A DNA stretch of 64,000 nt. Origin: Epiperipatus broadwayi (taxonomy: Eukaryota; Animalia; Onychophora). Where the stretch lies: positions 19,282,001 through 19,346,000 of the forward strand of contig JAQFVV010000003.1 in NCBI GenBank assembly GCA_028023455.1. The letters are read 5' to 3'. Made by a program: the position numbers and the translations under genes. Below are positions 27,126 to 41,153 of this stretch, in pieces. The notes beneath the pieces are model-generated. The model was not told where the DNA came from and made no database searches. It saw only the letters and a list, made by a program, of their open reading frames with translations. The first letter of the stretch is position 1. Each line of letters begins with the position of its first letter.

Positions 27126-29177
27126 CTGAAAATAAAATTGTTGTAAGTGCAAAATAAATATTAAAAAAAAAAGATACGAAAATAAATTCAAGATATAATC
27201 CCAGCCCCATTCCTCCTATTTACATAAGAATTTATCTATAGAGAAACCATAATTAGCAAGTTTTTTGAGAAACCTTTCTCATCAATTTGACAAGATTGTC
27301 ACAAGAACAAAACAATGCCTAACTTTAAGAGTTTTCCAATAAAATGTTTCTACATACAATTCAATTAAAAAAATGTAAAATTAATCTAAAGAACTATAAT
27401 AGTTAATACACTTCCTCCAACAACCTAACTATTTTAAATTTCATTTTTTTGGGATTTTATATATCAACATAAAACTACCATTTTTGTCTACATAACTAGA
27501 AATAATAAGTCTATGCTTTCATCTAATAGCAAATGTACCAATTCAATAGAAATCTTTTTGATGGAAGTAAAATAAGGAAAATTACTTTTCACATTCCCTT
27601 TACATGTAGAATTGGTTAATAAAGTATTCATCAAAGTAACAACAACAAAAAATTGTATAAAAAATAATCAATAATATAATAGTTAAAAAATAGCCATTTT
27701 AATATTTTCTTTTCATTGCTGACCAATAGCTGCTATCTAGTATAAACAGAAGAAAGAAAAAATTCATTGATAAAAGTGCAAAATTGGTGATTACGTTCTA
27801 ACATAATATGAAAATTACTCTGTGAAAATAATAACAAAATAATCGTAAAACATTTTATATTCTTAATTTTTTGTCTGATTTTTGATAAAATCCAGAGGAA
27901 ATTCAGATGAAAAAATACAAATAATGGCATAGCAGAATCTTATTATACATATTTCAAGACAGTAATTAGATTTGGCACAGGAAGTGATCATTGATTAGCG
28001 AGATATAAGATATATATTACTACAAGTTTAGAGATAGAAAGTAGATAGCCCTAATGATCGGAAATTTTTTAATAATTTTAAAAGCTAAAATTTATAAATA
28101 TATTTAATATATATATCAAAAGACTCTGAAAGTGGCTCAAACTTGAACAAGATCAATAAAAAGTAACAGACATTTTATTAAAAATGGATATCAAACAAAA
28201 AAGATAATGACCCAAAAGTAAATTTTTTTATTGAGATAAGGAAATATTTGCAGAAAGAACTTTAAAATAAGAACAATCCATTCAGAAAAAATACTTACAT
28301 AAAATTTTAGAAAATGAGTCAGAATGAAGTTGACAATGAGAAAAGGAAATACAAGTTCAATAATAGCAAAGAAAGCTGAAAAAAGTTTTAATAATAAGTA
28401 AAAAAGGTATACTAAAAAAAAAATACAAACTAAGAAACAATGAAGAGATGATACAAGCTATTAAATTTATAAATAAACAATATGAAATCATATATATATA
28501 TTTAAAATATTAATACAAAAATCTCTTTCAACAAATAGTTTTATGCCTTTTCAATGTAAATGTAATCTATTTTAACCTTTAATTTACATTACATACATAG
28601 TAACATCTATCTTTTTATATATACATAAAATTAATCAGAACCAATAATAAAATTATGATAAAGCAATCTAAAAACTTACAAATATTAATTTTTGTTATAT
28701 TTCTAAGCATTTACATTGCGATATCATAATTTTATTAATGGCTCTGATTAATTTTACATATAAAAAAGTGTTATTTATATATAATGTAAATTAGAAGTTA
28801 AAATACAATTAAATCGAAGATGAATTATAAATATTTGCCCCCAAATGCTTTTTTTGTATAATTATTATATAGTTACTGCTGTTTTATAATGATATTTCAA
28901 ATTATATATTTATAAATTATATGAAAAAAATTATATAATAGATTACTTTTATTTCTATTTTTGAAAGTATTAAATCTATGAAAGTCAGAAAGTAATGAAA
29001 CCATATAGATATTTTAAATGAAACGGATGAAAAATAAACAAAATTTGGCAAAACTATGCATCTAAATGCCTAAATGAGAAAGGTAAATCAGATGACTGGA
29101 AGAATACAAGAATAATACTGATATTCAAGATTAAAAAGATATTAGACATTATTAGCTATATATATATATATATATAT

Positions 29178-29445
29178 GGGTAAGAGAACAAACAGGTGTT
29201 ACTGACATATTTGAAAAAATTAAAAGACTGAAGTGGACTTAGGCTAGACATATTGCTTGAAGAGATGCTAATAGATGGACAATTGAAATCTTAAACTGGA
29301 TTCCAAGAAAGAGATCACATCGAGATGGATGGATGAAATAAGAAAGTGTGCAGGGGTGATGTGGAGAAGAGAGGCTAGAGATTGGAGAAAATGGATTCAA
29401 CTTGGAGAGACCTTCATCCTACAATGGATAGATAATGATGATGAT
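29178..29445 (+). mobile_element. 5'-truncated RTE LINE 3' end, preceded by (TA)n
   Basis: KRLKWT*ARHIA..DANRW...W.PRK..RDGW.DEIRKCAGVMWRREARD; tail gataatgatgatgat. Confidence 0.85.
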
Positions 29446-30737
29446 ATATATTTACTAAGTTCATTACATTCTAAAAAAAAAAATATTAACCAAAAAACAT
29501 TTAAAATATTAAGAGAGGTTATAAAAAAAAAAACAATGAATATAAGTTGCCATTTTGTAATGGATTTGTAAATTATAAAAAGTCATTAAGACTCTGTAAG
29601 CATTTTTTTTTTTGTTTTTTGTAATATTATGCACTAGTAATGATTAGATTACATAGAAGTTATCCAATTCTTCAAAATGTTTACAACAAATACTTTGTGA
29701 ATTAATATAGGAAATAAAAGGAGTAAAAATAATATGAAGATTCTTTAAGTTATCTTGATTATTTTGGAAATAAATGATTTCAGCAAATGTTTCAAAGAGC
29801 TATCACATAAAAATAAGAAAATAAGATTAAAGATATATACACGTAGGTTGCAATTAATGTGAATAGCATATTTTGGGGGGAAAAAATCTCAGCACTTAAA
29901 TTTCCATTATTTAAAACTGTAATTATATTTAAATTACTGAAATTGACTCAACTCAATAGAAAATAAGATAGCAATTTTTTAAATATATGTTTTTATTTGT
30001 TATTATTACAATCTCACAGTAAAATATAACAAAAATGGATGAACAAAATAAAATTAATAATATTAAAAATATTTAAAAAAATACTAGTACTTAAAAAATT
30101 TAGCAATGTCTTTATATTTTGATTCATTTCAGTAAGAAGCACTTTAAAAAAAAAATCAAAATTGAATAACATAATACGGATAATAAAAGATGAATGCAGC
30201 AATATGTAGGAATTAATTAATATCATGTATGTAAGAACTCTCATTTGTGAGGCTGATTTGCATACATACTTTGCATTAATTGAATTTTGTTCACATGAAA
30301 TAGAAAAAGCATCATTTTTATATATTGAGATTGCATTAATCAAATACTGCAATATCTGAATGTACGTTAAATCACAGTGTATCTGTACTAAAAAAGACTT
30401 AAACAACAATCGATGAGTTTTCAAAAAGATAAAAAAATAAAATAAAAGCACACGTTAACAACTATGAATACTTTGGTCAAATTATTAAAGTATATATGTC
30501 TGAGAATACATATGAATGCACATAAAAATGTAAATAATAAAGAATGTTTTATAATGTACTGTAGAGCCAATTTTAAGGCATGACAAGTGATAATTCTAAC
30601 CTGTTTTTTGAATAATATACAACATTTATTAGTGTCAAACTTAATGAAAGTTTTTTTTAAAAAAGAGGTTAAACAATATTTGACTATGAAAAATATTTTA
30701 ACTTTTCGGGAAAAAAAAAGCCAATAAAAATTATTAC

Positions 30738-30937
30738 CCCCTCTCCCACAGTTGCATTTTGTGAAGATACCACTTTGGCCATGACGTCGAACGCTTTGGT
30801 CACAGAATCTCTTCCAGCACCAGGTTCCCCATTGGCTTTAATAGCCAGAGCATTAGTTGTGGAATTATTAATAAAATTATCTTGGTTCTTACTCATGCTC
30901 GCCAAAGTTGTAACCACACTTGCTAAAGTTGTTAAAT
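30738..30937 (-). CDS. NR2C (TR2/TR4/Hr78): NR2C exon: DLTTLASVVTTLASMSKNQDNF...SVTKAFDVMAKVVSSQNATVGEG
   Basis: Poly-T tgtag acceptor, G|gtaat donor; 200 nt, phase 1 to 0. Matches recalled TR2/TR4 motifs DLSTLANVVTSLANL and SRAFDTLAKAL. Confidence 0.93.
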
Positions 30938-31729
30938 CTACAAAAAAAAATAAAAAATCACTTAGTTTTTTAATTTGGTTATATATAAATTTAATAATTC
31001 ACAGACAAATTTGAATATCTAATAAATAAAAGATTAATTTCCCATTCAATGTTTGCAGCATCACACACATACACAAATATATTACACATTTGCAAATTGA
31101 TCAAATACCAATGTTTAGTTTTCTAACCAGAGACTACTCAGAATTTAACATTGGATGTTCAACACACAGAAATTGAATTGTACATTCAATTTACCACATT
31201 CTATTTTAATCAAAAGTAGAAATAAAAAAAACAAATTCTTGGTTAAAATAATACTTGATTATTTTGCATAAGCATATATGTCATCTAGTTACTGATGTTA
31301 AACTTCAGGGAACTTGAATAGTATTTGGCTAAACAATAAAATACTTCATTAATTGTACTTATGTTAAAAAGTTTCAATGTACTGTTATTAAGTTTTCAAT
31401 GATTTTATTCAGTATTTGTTGTGGTTTCTCCAGCTAAAAATAGAGAGCATTAGTATCTAACTAATATAAGCCAAACAAAGTCAAATAAATACCTAATAGC
31501 ATAAGTTTTGTACATTTTTTTATGAGCAAATTATCTTTTGTTATTTGATACAATATGTGACAACATGGATAACCACTACAAGAAAAGGATTTGATTATGC
31601 CAACAATGGTGCTTATGCAGAATTTCAACAGTCGACACTATGTTAGGAAAATGCTTCAACATAACCTTTTGATATTAGAGAAAATAAATTAGGATATTGG
31701 TCTAGAATTACTCTCATGTTGCACTAAAG

Positions 31730-32269
31730 CAGGATGGCCAAAAGTTGACCACGTAATTTCTTTTTTTTTGTAAAATTTGCATCTAATTTATTTTAATAAT
31801 ACAATTCTAAAACAATAATTTTTTTCTTTATATTTTCTTGAATTTTTTTAAAAATTCAGGACCAGCTCTAGAAAATAATTATTTATAGGTAATTTAATAA
31901 ATATTTTATAAAGTGACATAAACAAATTCTAATACCAGAGGGAGCTGAGATAATTTAATAGTCATTATAGTAAAATATCTTCGACAGTTTGTATCTTATA
32001 GAAAAAAAAATTCATTAGTTCGTAAATATTTTCTAAAAACATCACTAATATTTGTGAGTACCTAAAAAGCCCTTATAAAAAAAAAATCCACCAATTTGTA
32101 AGTATATTCTAAAAAAACTGGACTTTGAACCATTACTTTTTTCCATTCCGGTTTTCGTTCTGGCAAAAATAAAGTTTTTTTTTTCTGGTTTCTGGTTCGA
32201 AGTCCTGAAAAAAACATAATCGCCCTACACTTTGACCAAAAATGTCACACCAACATTTAGTCATCCCTG
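31730..32269. mobile_element. Non-autonomous hAT element (MITE)
   Basis: Perfect 8-bp TSD cactaaag (31722-31729, 32270-32277); termini caggatggcc / gtcatccctg. Confidence 0.8.
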
Positions 32270-35200
32270 CACTAAAGTAATGATTATTTTTAAAATGCTT
32301 CACTGTCACTTAGATGATCATTATACTAAGCCATGATAGATTTAAGATTATGTAGCTAATTATCATATAATTAGTAAAGCTGAAATATCATTATCCAACT
32401 AAATCTCTAACATACAGATAGCTAGTTGCTAACCTTTCCGCTAAAAAAAAAACAACAACTCAATTTACATGCAATTAACTTTTGAATGAGATTATGAAAT
32501 TATATATCCAGTGAATAAAATAATTGTTTATTGTTCAGTCTGTTCAAGCACTGGAAATAGTGGAACTTAGCTGCAATTCTTGGATATCTAAATCTTAGAA
32601 TCGACCACTCCACTACATTAAACTACCCAGAACACACATGGAGAGAATTGGTTTTGGAAGCTAATAGATGGATAAAAAAGTTGGCCTGGGGTCAAAACCT
32701 TAAAGCCTAAATTAAAAAAGTCATTGAATGTATTTTTCTAGAAATCAGAGATAGAAAGCAGTTATTAAGTGGAGAGGAATATATTAATTTGTGAAATGAA
32801 AGTAGGGATATTTCCCTAGCATAAAAAAAGACAAGTTTTACAATTACAACAATGACAAGACCTAGCCTTAAGATCATATATAAAGAAGTAACTGATGCAT
32901 TAATAAGCTAGCGAAAGGTCAATAATCAAGATAACTCAAAAACACACGAGATCCTTTTCAAAGTCATCTCTCTCATCAGATATTTAATAGGGTTATAATG
33001 TTCTGAATGTATACCATTTTATATATAGAATTTCAAATATTTTTCTATTTCAAATGCTAAGTTTTCATTAAACAAAAACAACTGCAACACATTTCTACAG
33101 ATTTCTGTTAAATCACTACAAAAATAACACTTAAGAACAGAAATATCATAAGGATCACTAATTATCTTTGTTTATTCTAATCTCTCCTCAGGTCCAGACA
33201 TCACACTGTAAATCTAAAAAGTCATGAGATGCTAGAGAGGAAAAAGACTACAAAGATTTTCTGGTTTGCTGATAATCTTCAAGCACTGACTTATACTACA
33301 TTCATATAGTATCCATGTTTCATTTTTATTCCACTATTCAAGCTTATATCTCAACATATTCCAAATATCCTAAAGAATATCTGCCATACATAAACTGATA
33401 GAGTTGAGTACTCTATAACATCTAGTTTTAATGTCTGGATAAAATAAAACACTGATTAAATTGTAAGTTCCTTGTAAGTTTATATCAGTGAATATGAATT
33501 TGGCAAACTAAAGTACCACAGGTTGGTATAACTTTTTCATGAAATGATTATATATTTAATCTTACGCTGAAATCTATAGTGAAGTTTTGTCCTTCTTCGT
33601 TCAATAATCCTACATGCAAGGGTCTGCAACATTTTTGTATGCTTTTATTATTTATTTCTGTCTTACTTCCTTTTACATTTTTTTTTTTTTTGTTTCTTAA
33701 TAGCCCACAAAAAAAATATTTATATTAATCAACAAGCAGCCATATAGGATAGTGTTAATGACAACTGAAAAATAGTCAATTGCAAAATGCCATTTCAAAC
33801 TACATGGGATTTAAAAATTATAGTTTTAAAATAATTTTTCTCAAGGGCTATCAATTATTATAAAGGGATATCATATGTTTTAGTATCCGCAAATTAAAAA
33901 ACCAAATAAAAATAAGCATAGAATAATTAGTGAATTATCAAACCTATATCTTAGTGAAGATTGTTATGTCTTATAAGCAATGGATGTTCATTATCATAAC
34001 AATTTATCATGCCGTAAGTGTTGAACATTTTATGAATAGATAAAATGTCATTCAAAATAAAAAATATTTGCCCCGTCAGTTATTCAAAGTTATGTGACGT
34101 TTGTGTATTGTCCAAGGAATCCAGTTCAATTCAACTATCCAAGCTTTACTCAATCGAAAATCATCAAAGAAATCTTTAAAGGTCTGAGATTGTCATTTAA
34201 CCAGTGTGCTGAACAATTCAGGGCAAATAATCACTGAGAAACAGCGTCATCTAATTAATATATATTTTAGAATCTAAAATGCAATTTTAAGTTTTTTTTA
34301 TTAGTAATAACAATTTCAATAAACAGATGACTTAATTTTTTTTTTTTTTCTCAAAAAGATTTACTTAATTTATATGCGAATATATATTTTTCAGTTTTAA
34401 TAAATAAAACACTATATTCTATAATACTCTAAAATTACTCCCTTGCCAATGTTTTTTTTTTTTTTTTACATACAATTCCTGTCATTATTATTCAAATATC
34501 TTGAAAATTACATTTTCTCGTTATGAAATTTAATATATTCAAACAGGCTGCATTTCCTGATTGTTTCATTTAATTTTCTCATTATTTTCGCAAAGCTATG
34601 AACTTTTCCCTCTTCAGATGTGAAATTGAGTTATCAAATTACTTATCTTTAACATTATTTTGATTACAAACGTTTATAAAAACAATTATTTTTAGTCATC
34701 GTTTCAACTCTCAAAATTCTCATGATCGTATTGTAGTGACATCTATAAAGTTATTTTTTAGATTTACAGTCTAGAAGTCAGGGATCTGAACCAATACGCC
34801 CCAGGAAATTTGTGAGCCATTTCTTTCTGTTATATATAAACTTTCATCGCCTGCAAAAATACTAAATCTATTTATTTTATACTATATTCCACAACATATT
34901 TAAATGATAAATTTAAATATAATACAAAGCTTAAAACTATGTTTTAATGTAATTTAAGTCTCTTTACCACTTGCATAAATGCTACGATCAGCATTTATTT
35001 ACCGTGCCCTCATACGTTCCAGTTGTCGATTCAACAACTTCATTAAAATCACTTTTATAATAACTAATTTTTAAAAATTTACAAAACCTATATTTATTTT
35101 CCATGCTTCATTATATTTTCATCTTTACTAAAAAAGTCCGCCTCTCTTAATAAACATCCAATGTTTATTTTATATAATTTTAAAAACATCCTACAAATTA

Positions 35201-36299
35201 TTCTATTTTTAAATCCATTCCTTTTATGCCAGTGAATATATTCTACTTTTAAAAAGTAGATTAATTTTCTAACAATTAACTTAAAATGTCTTCTGATAAC
35301 CTGTTTATATTTTTATTTTCTATACATTCTTTTCTTATCTCTGCCTTTTCATTAATAAAGTATACTTATTCTCTTGTCCAACCTTTACTAGTGCATAAAT
35401 TAACAATTCTTACAATATAATCACCCCATTTTCTATATGGATAAACTGTCATAAGATTTTATCTAATTCTTTAGCATATCCTACTAATTGTTTTTCTTAT
35501 CTTTTTGCTTGTCCTTTTCTTAAATACCTATATAAAAATTATTTTAATTATTTTATTAAATTTCATAAATTGCAATCTACCAAATGATTTCAACTTGTAT
35601 TTTGTGTCTTTCAAATCTTTATGAACTATTTCATTTCTTATATACATATCCACATTCAATGCAAATCTTCCTATTTCTCTGAATTTTCTCCAAACATTTA
35701 ATATCTTTTTATGAACAAAGACTGCATTATTTATCAATTTTATTTTCCAAGCATCCACATTTGGTTTATTAGACTCTAGTAATAGTGACATCTTATTGGT
35801 TTTATATACTGTATATATTTCCCTTAAAATGGAAATAGCAATTCATAACTATACTTCCTGACTCTTTGAGCTAGGAATGTTTTCCATTTTTGATTTATAG
35901 GAGTCATACTAATACAATTACTGTTGCTTGGATGGTATTATTTCGGCTTATGTTTTTAACTGATTGGTTGTTTAGTTATATTATAGCCGAGCTTACTAAA
36001 TTTAAAAAAAAAAAATACAGGGAAAATCTTATTAACTATTTCAAGCTCATGAAAAATTTACATTATTATATAAGCTCTTTATGAGAGAGAATTATCTTTC
36101 TGTTTGAAAAGACATTATTTTAAACTTTCACACATATAAAATATTAATTATATATTTGATCTATTTCCCTTTACTTAAAATTTGAGGATAGCTTGGAGTA
36201 GAATTCCACTTTTAAGTCACATGTATCAAACTAATAACAAATAATGTTATTGGATGAAATAATTTCAATTTATGCCTATTCCGTTTTTAATTGGCTGCT

Positions 36300-37000
36300 T
36301 GCTTTGTTATTTCTTGGCTGAGATCTTGTTAAAAAATACATGGAAAATCTCATCCAACTTTCAATATTTATATTTATAAAGCCTGTAAAATTTTATAATA
36401 GTTTATAAATAAAATAAGATGTACTAATTCCAACATAGTTTTCCATTGGTTATGAATAGTCTTTAGAATAGTCTGAAGGTAGCATCAAGATGCCATGTAG
36501 GTTGAATGGTGGCATTTTTTAAATGAACCAAATTATAAGTAAAATGAGAATTTCATTCTTTAAGCTTCTAGATTTAGAATATGTAGATGATTATGTTATT
36601 CTTTTCAATTCAATAAATAATCGATAAAATATCCTTAATATTTTTACTACAACCAATAAAGTCTTTGGTGTAATAGTTAATGTTCCAAAAGAAAAAAAAA
36701 GATATTTTATCAACAAATAATGGAAGAAAAGTTTTTTGGCTTTGCTGTTATCAGCTTGAGAGTGTGAATCAATTTAAATATTTTGGTTACTTTTTAGTTC
36801 GGAAAACATATTTATAAGTTGATATGCATTATAAATCCTAACCTATTGCAGTTAAAAGTTAAGATATTTCATTATATTGATATAAAAACTTTATCTGGAC
36901 GATTAGTATGTAGGCTGTTATATTTTATTTTAAAATATTCTATAATTTTCTGAAAATATAATGGCAAGTTTATAAAAAAAAAAAACTAGGACACTTTTCA
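36300..37000 (+). mobile_element. Highly degenerate non-LTR (RTE-like) RT relic
   Basis: DLEYVDDYVI at 36571 (YADD-type motif) and QFKYFG at about 36770. Confidence 0.5.
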
Positions 37001-37152
37001 ATTTTGTGAATGCAATAATATTGAATTGCTTATTATAAATGCAAATCTTTGCAAGCAAATCAAGTCATATATCATGTGACTTAATTTAATAAGCTTGTAT
37101 TACAAATATTATATAATGAGTATGCCAATAACTTTTAACAAGCTTTTCAGAA

Positions 37153-37210
37153 TATCCTTATCCTCGGACCGGCTTCTAGCTCTGGCTTTCATCAGTGAGG
37201 CACTAGGATA
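37153..37210 (-). ncRNA. Type I hammerhead motif, family B (A15.1>G variant)
   Basis: TATCCT-agtg-CCTCA-CTGATGA-A-AGC(caga)GCT-A-GAAG-CCGGTC^CGAGG-ata-AGGATA; extended stem I with an internal loop. Confidence 0.65.
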
Positions 37211-37410
37211 TTCAAACATTAGATTTAAAATACCAGATCAAGCCCAGCACTTTATCTAATGTTCAACTATTAAGTAGAAAATCTGAAATTTTCAGACATC
37301 CATGTCTTGCAAGCAAATCAAGTCACATATCATGTGACTTAATTTAATAAGCTTGTATTACAAATATTATATAATGAGTGTGCCAATAACTTTTAACAAG
37401 CTTTTCAGAA

Positions 37411-37468
37411 TATCCTTATCTTCTAACCGGTTGCTAGCTCTGGCTTTCATCAGTGAGGTTCTAGGATA
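37411..37468 (-). ncRNA. Degenerate hammerhead motif, family B
   Basis: CCTCA-CTGATGA-AAGCCAGAGCTA-GCAA-CCGGTT; GAAA is mutated to GCAA. Confidence 0.5.
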
Positions 37469-37797
37469 TTCAAGCATTAGATTTAAAATACCACGTCAAG
37501 CCCAGAACTTTATCTAATGTTCAACTATTAAGTAGAAAATCTGAAATTTTCAGACATCCATGTCTTCAAATCTAGCTATCCACTTAAATAACCATATAGG
37601 ATTGAACTAAGTTCAGATACATCATATATCTCATTATATAACATATGATCATTATATAACATTTGTAATACCAGCTTATTAAATTAAGTCATGTGATATA
37701 TGGCTTGATTTCTTTGCAATTATTATTATTGCTCTTAAGGCTTTGGTGATTTTATATTGCTAAAACTATTAATATATCGTGGACCTAGTGTCTGAAA

Positions 37798-37845
37798 TAT
37801 CCTAGCGCTTCACTGAAAAAAGCCAATAGCTAGAAACCGGTTTGG
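37798..37845 (+). ncRNA. Degenerate hammerhead motif, family B (inverted copy)
   Basis: TATCCTagcgCTTCA-CTGAAAA-AAGCCaataGCTA-GAAACCGGTT; palindromic stem III ACCGGT intact, G8 lost. Confidence 0.5.
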
Positions 37846-39222
37846 TGCTGGTGATAATTTCTAGATAGAGATTTTAAATGTTTTCTCTTGCGACATTTAT
37901 CAATAAAGCTTGTTAGAGATATTAGCATGCTTTTTATTTTAGTTTATAATTACAAGCTTATCAAATTAAGTCATGTGATGTATGACTATTTTTTTTTTAC
38001 TATTAACTGATACAAATTTGTCTTTTGTTTATATTTTGAAACATTTATCATTGGAAAGCAACTACAACTGATAACTATAAAGAACAATTATATTTTCTTA
38101 GTATAAAATATTAATAATTATCAGTAATCTGTATTATATGATTTTAAACAGATGCAGAAGAAAATTAATATTTTTTTTCCTGATTCTTCCATTAATTTTA
38201 AAAATAGTTTTTGTTTTCTAGTTTATATGTTTAGCATTAAGCTTTCACTAAATTTTATTGCTTTACACTTCATTAGTAGTGCAATAGATGGATAATTATT
38301 TCATTTTTTTAAAATTAAGATTCATGTATTTCTGAATTAAATGATATATGAGTTTCTTTTACTGTCTATAAGTGTAGTATAGAAGTTATTCCAACATCTT
38401 TGGTATAATGAATAAATAAATGAAAGATATTATTTAATAAACAATAAGATAAAAAAATATAATAAAATCCCACCACAAAGGGGATAGCCTTTGTGATAAA
38501 TGTGACATGCATTTAGATAAAACTCTGATAATTTGAAAAATATCAAGAAAGGCAACTTTTTTGAAGGCCAGATGAAAAGCAAATGATTGAAGTAATAATA
38601 ACAAATTAGCATTGGTCTTCATGAAACAAAAATAAAAATGTGACACAAGTATTGGCAAATGCCCGGCAGAAAAAATAATGACATCAAAAAGGTCATGACA
38701 CTTTTTCAAAAAAATTGGAATAATGAAAGCAAAAAGGAAGTCCCTTTGGAAGGCAGTGGAATAGCTAGAGAAAAACGTAGTCTACAATAAGAATAAATGA
38801 TATGACAAAACATCTGAATGATATAGTAAAATATATAAGGATAGTGTTAAAAATTCATTAAAACGGGTCTATTCAAATAGCATGAAAAAGAGACTAAAGA
38901 AAATGAATTCTTTATATGTCACAGAATGCTTTTATTCTCACTTGATTTCTATTATATATAAGGAAATCATTGAGTATGCTCAAAAATTGATGGATAGAGA
39001 GGAAGAAATTGAAGGGATATTAATAGTGGAAACAAATAGGACTAAGAAATATTGAAAATAGATGAAAAAACTATTTAATAAGAAACAATATTGATTATTC
39101 TTCGAGTATACAATCTCTTTTTGTTAGAAATACCCAATTTTGATGTATTTAAGAATGCAGTGCTTGTGATCAGCATTGTTTTTGCTTCATGTACCAATCC
39201 TGAGAATCAAGGTTGTTTGTAT

Positions 39223-39574
39223 TGTAACGGATTGGCCTAACAATTTAGAGCCCCAAAGTTGACAGCCATAAATATGTAATGGTCCTTACCTCCCGAGATG
39301 AAGGGTTCATATCTTACTACTTTGAACCTAGGGTCTTTGGGTAGGATACTAAGAATGAAGTGATGAAGTAATTAACCAATGAACATGCCTACTTTCAATA
39401 GGCTAGCCCTTTATTACACATTAAATTTAGACACAATTTAGGCTAGTTTATCTATACTTATCCCCTCTTTTGGATTCCACATATGCCTCAGAATTCAAAT
39501 TCAGATAGAACATTGCAATAAACTCTCTTCAGCAATGAATTTATATTAGATATATATATAATCATATATTTACA
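39223..39574 (+). mobile_element. Possible solo LTR
   Basis: TGTAAC...TTACA termini, internal AATAAA and higher GC than the flanks; no TSD found. Confidence 0.3.
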
Positions 39575-39811
39575 TCAGTTGTAAATCAATTATAAAGTTC
39601 ATTTTATTATCTCACTATGTTATTATATACTAAACAAAAAAATGTGTGGGTATGTATATATGATAATCAATTGATGAATGGAAAAGAAATGATTCTAGTA
39701 AACCATTAACTATTTGCTGATGATTAAATCAAAATTTATTTACAAATGAGATAAAACATTAATAATAAAAAAAAATATTTGAAATTATAAAACTCTAAAA
39801 ATATTTATATA

Positions 39812-40818
39812 CACCTGGGTCTCTTTTTACGCAGACTTATTTAACACGATTTCGAAGTTACGTGATTCATGTTTCACCGGAAGTCGAACTCCGATAATGC
39901 GCTATTACTTTAAATAATAAATTTCGCGCACTTATGTTATATTGAAAGTAATAGCACATTATTGGAATTCGACTTTCATCTTAGTGATTTCAATATTTTC
40001 AGTGCTTTATAATAATAAGATTTTATGCAATAATGAAATTAAAATCATGATTTCCACATTTTATGTATACACACATTAAATTTTACAAGATTATAATGTA
40101 AATTTGTTCAAACATTGTGCGTGTTAATTTTGCATTTTTAAATCACATTCTGTTTTTGCTTTTTAAAAAAGAACGTAATCAATTATTAATCATTTAGTGT
40201 CCACAAGTTTATTTTTAAAAGGTCAGTAATAGCAGTGGGCACAATTAAATTTGAGAATTAAAAATTAAAATCTGATTTTTAAATGGAATTGAAAATTAAA
40301 GACAAAAATAAGAATTTAATTTTAGTTGTTAGTTTCATAAACAATTAATAAAATCATCGTCTCAAAGATTAATTACTAATTATGTTGTCACCAGAAAACT
40401 GTTGACACAACATGAGTGTGAAGTTGGTGCTAGTTGTTTGCAAACGAACGTGTTTTTCGGCAAATAGCTATAATAATTAAAACGTGTATAAAAAAATGTA
40501 AATTACTGTACTGTAAATTATGCATAAAAATATATTATTTTGAATAAAATTAAATATTATAGTTAAAAAAAGTTTGTCTTGTATCAATTTTTTTCAAATT
40601 TGAAATTTTTTATTAGTCATATTTTATTTCCTTATTTATTTTTTTTTTTGCGCGAATTTTAAAGTAATTTTATGTTGGTACTTTGCTTTTATGCGAATTT
40701 TGAAAAATCACAGACCGCATCCCCCCTTTTTCAATGTAAATTACGTCTATTTTTGCGCGATTTCGTTTGCGCGTATTTTCTGAGGAACCTATCTATCGCG
40801 TAAAACGAGACCCAGGTG
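39812..40818. mobile_element. Tc1/mariner (pogo/Tigger-type) MITE
   Basis: TA-flanked TIRs cacctgggtctctttttacgc / gcgtaaaacgagacccaggtg; CpG-rich termini. Confidence 0.85.
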
Positions 40819-40903
40819 TATAAGACAATGTATCAATTATGTATCCCTATCATATAAATATTTAAATATATCCATTTATCAACCCTTCCACATGATAAGT
40901 ATA

Positions 40904-41153
40904 CATGAATAGATAATTATTATGTGCAAAATAAAAATGTAATAAATAATAACACACACACACACACAACAAAATCATTAATCCAATGTTGCATCTATTA
41001 TGGACTAACCAAATATTTAATATATATAGGCATACATGAATAGATAATTATTATGTGCAAAATAAAAATGTAATAAATAATAACACACACACAACAAAAT
41101 CATTAATCCAATGTTGAATCTATTATGGACTAACCAAATATTTAATATATATA
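40904..41153. repeat. Tandem duplication, about 130-bp unit containing (CA)n
   Basis: catgaatagataattattatgtgc...ggactaaccaaatatttaatatatata occurs twice; the copies differ in CA number. Confidence 0.85.

Larger units (their letters stand above)
37051..37990. mobile_element. Family B hammerhead element: two tandem 258-bp units plus two inverted partial units
   Basis: gcaagcaaatcaagtca at 37051 and 37309 (258-bp period). Inverted pieces at about 37665-37720 and 37785-37990. Confidence 0.85.

Noticed and set aside
30014-30451. 145-aa ORF and most other short ORFs in the track
   Set aside because: Low-complexity F/I/L/K/N-rich translations of AT-rich intron, or antisense frames of TEs and exons, with no motifs or splice support.
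32950-32990. Extra hammerhead (minus strand CTGATGA...GAAA)
   Set aside because: Stem II is weak and G-U only; stems I and III are absent.
36837-36844. Telomerase-template-like CCTAACCT
   Set aside because: A single 8-mer inside a LINE relic; expected by chance.
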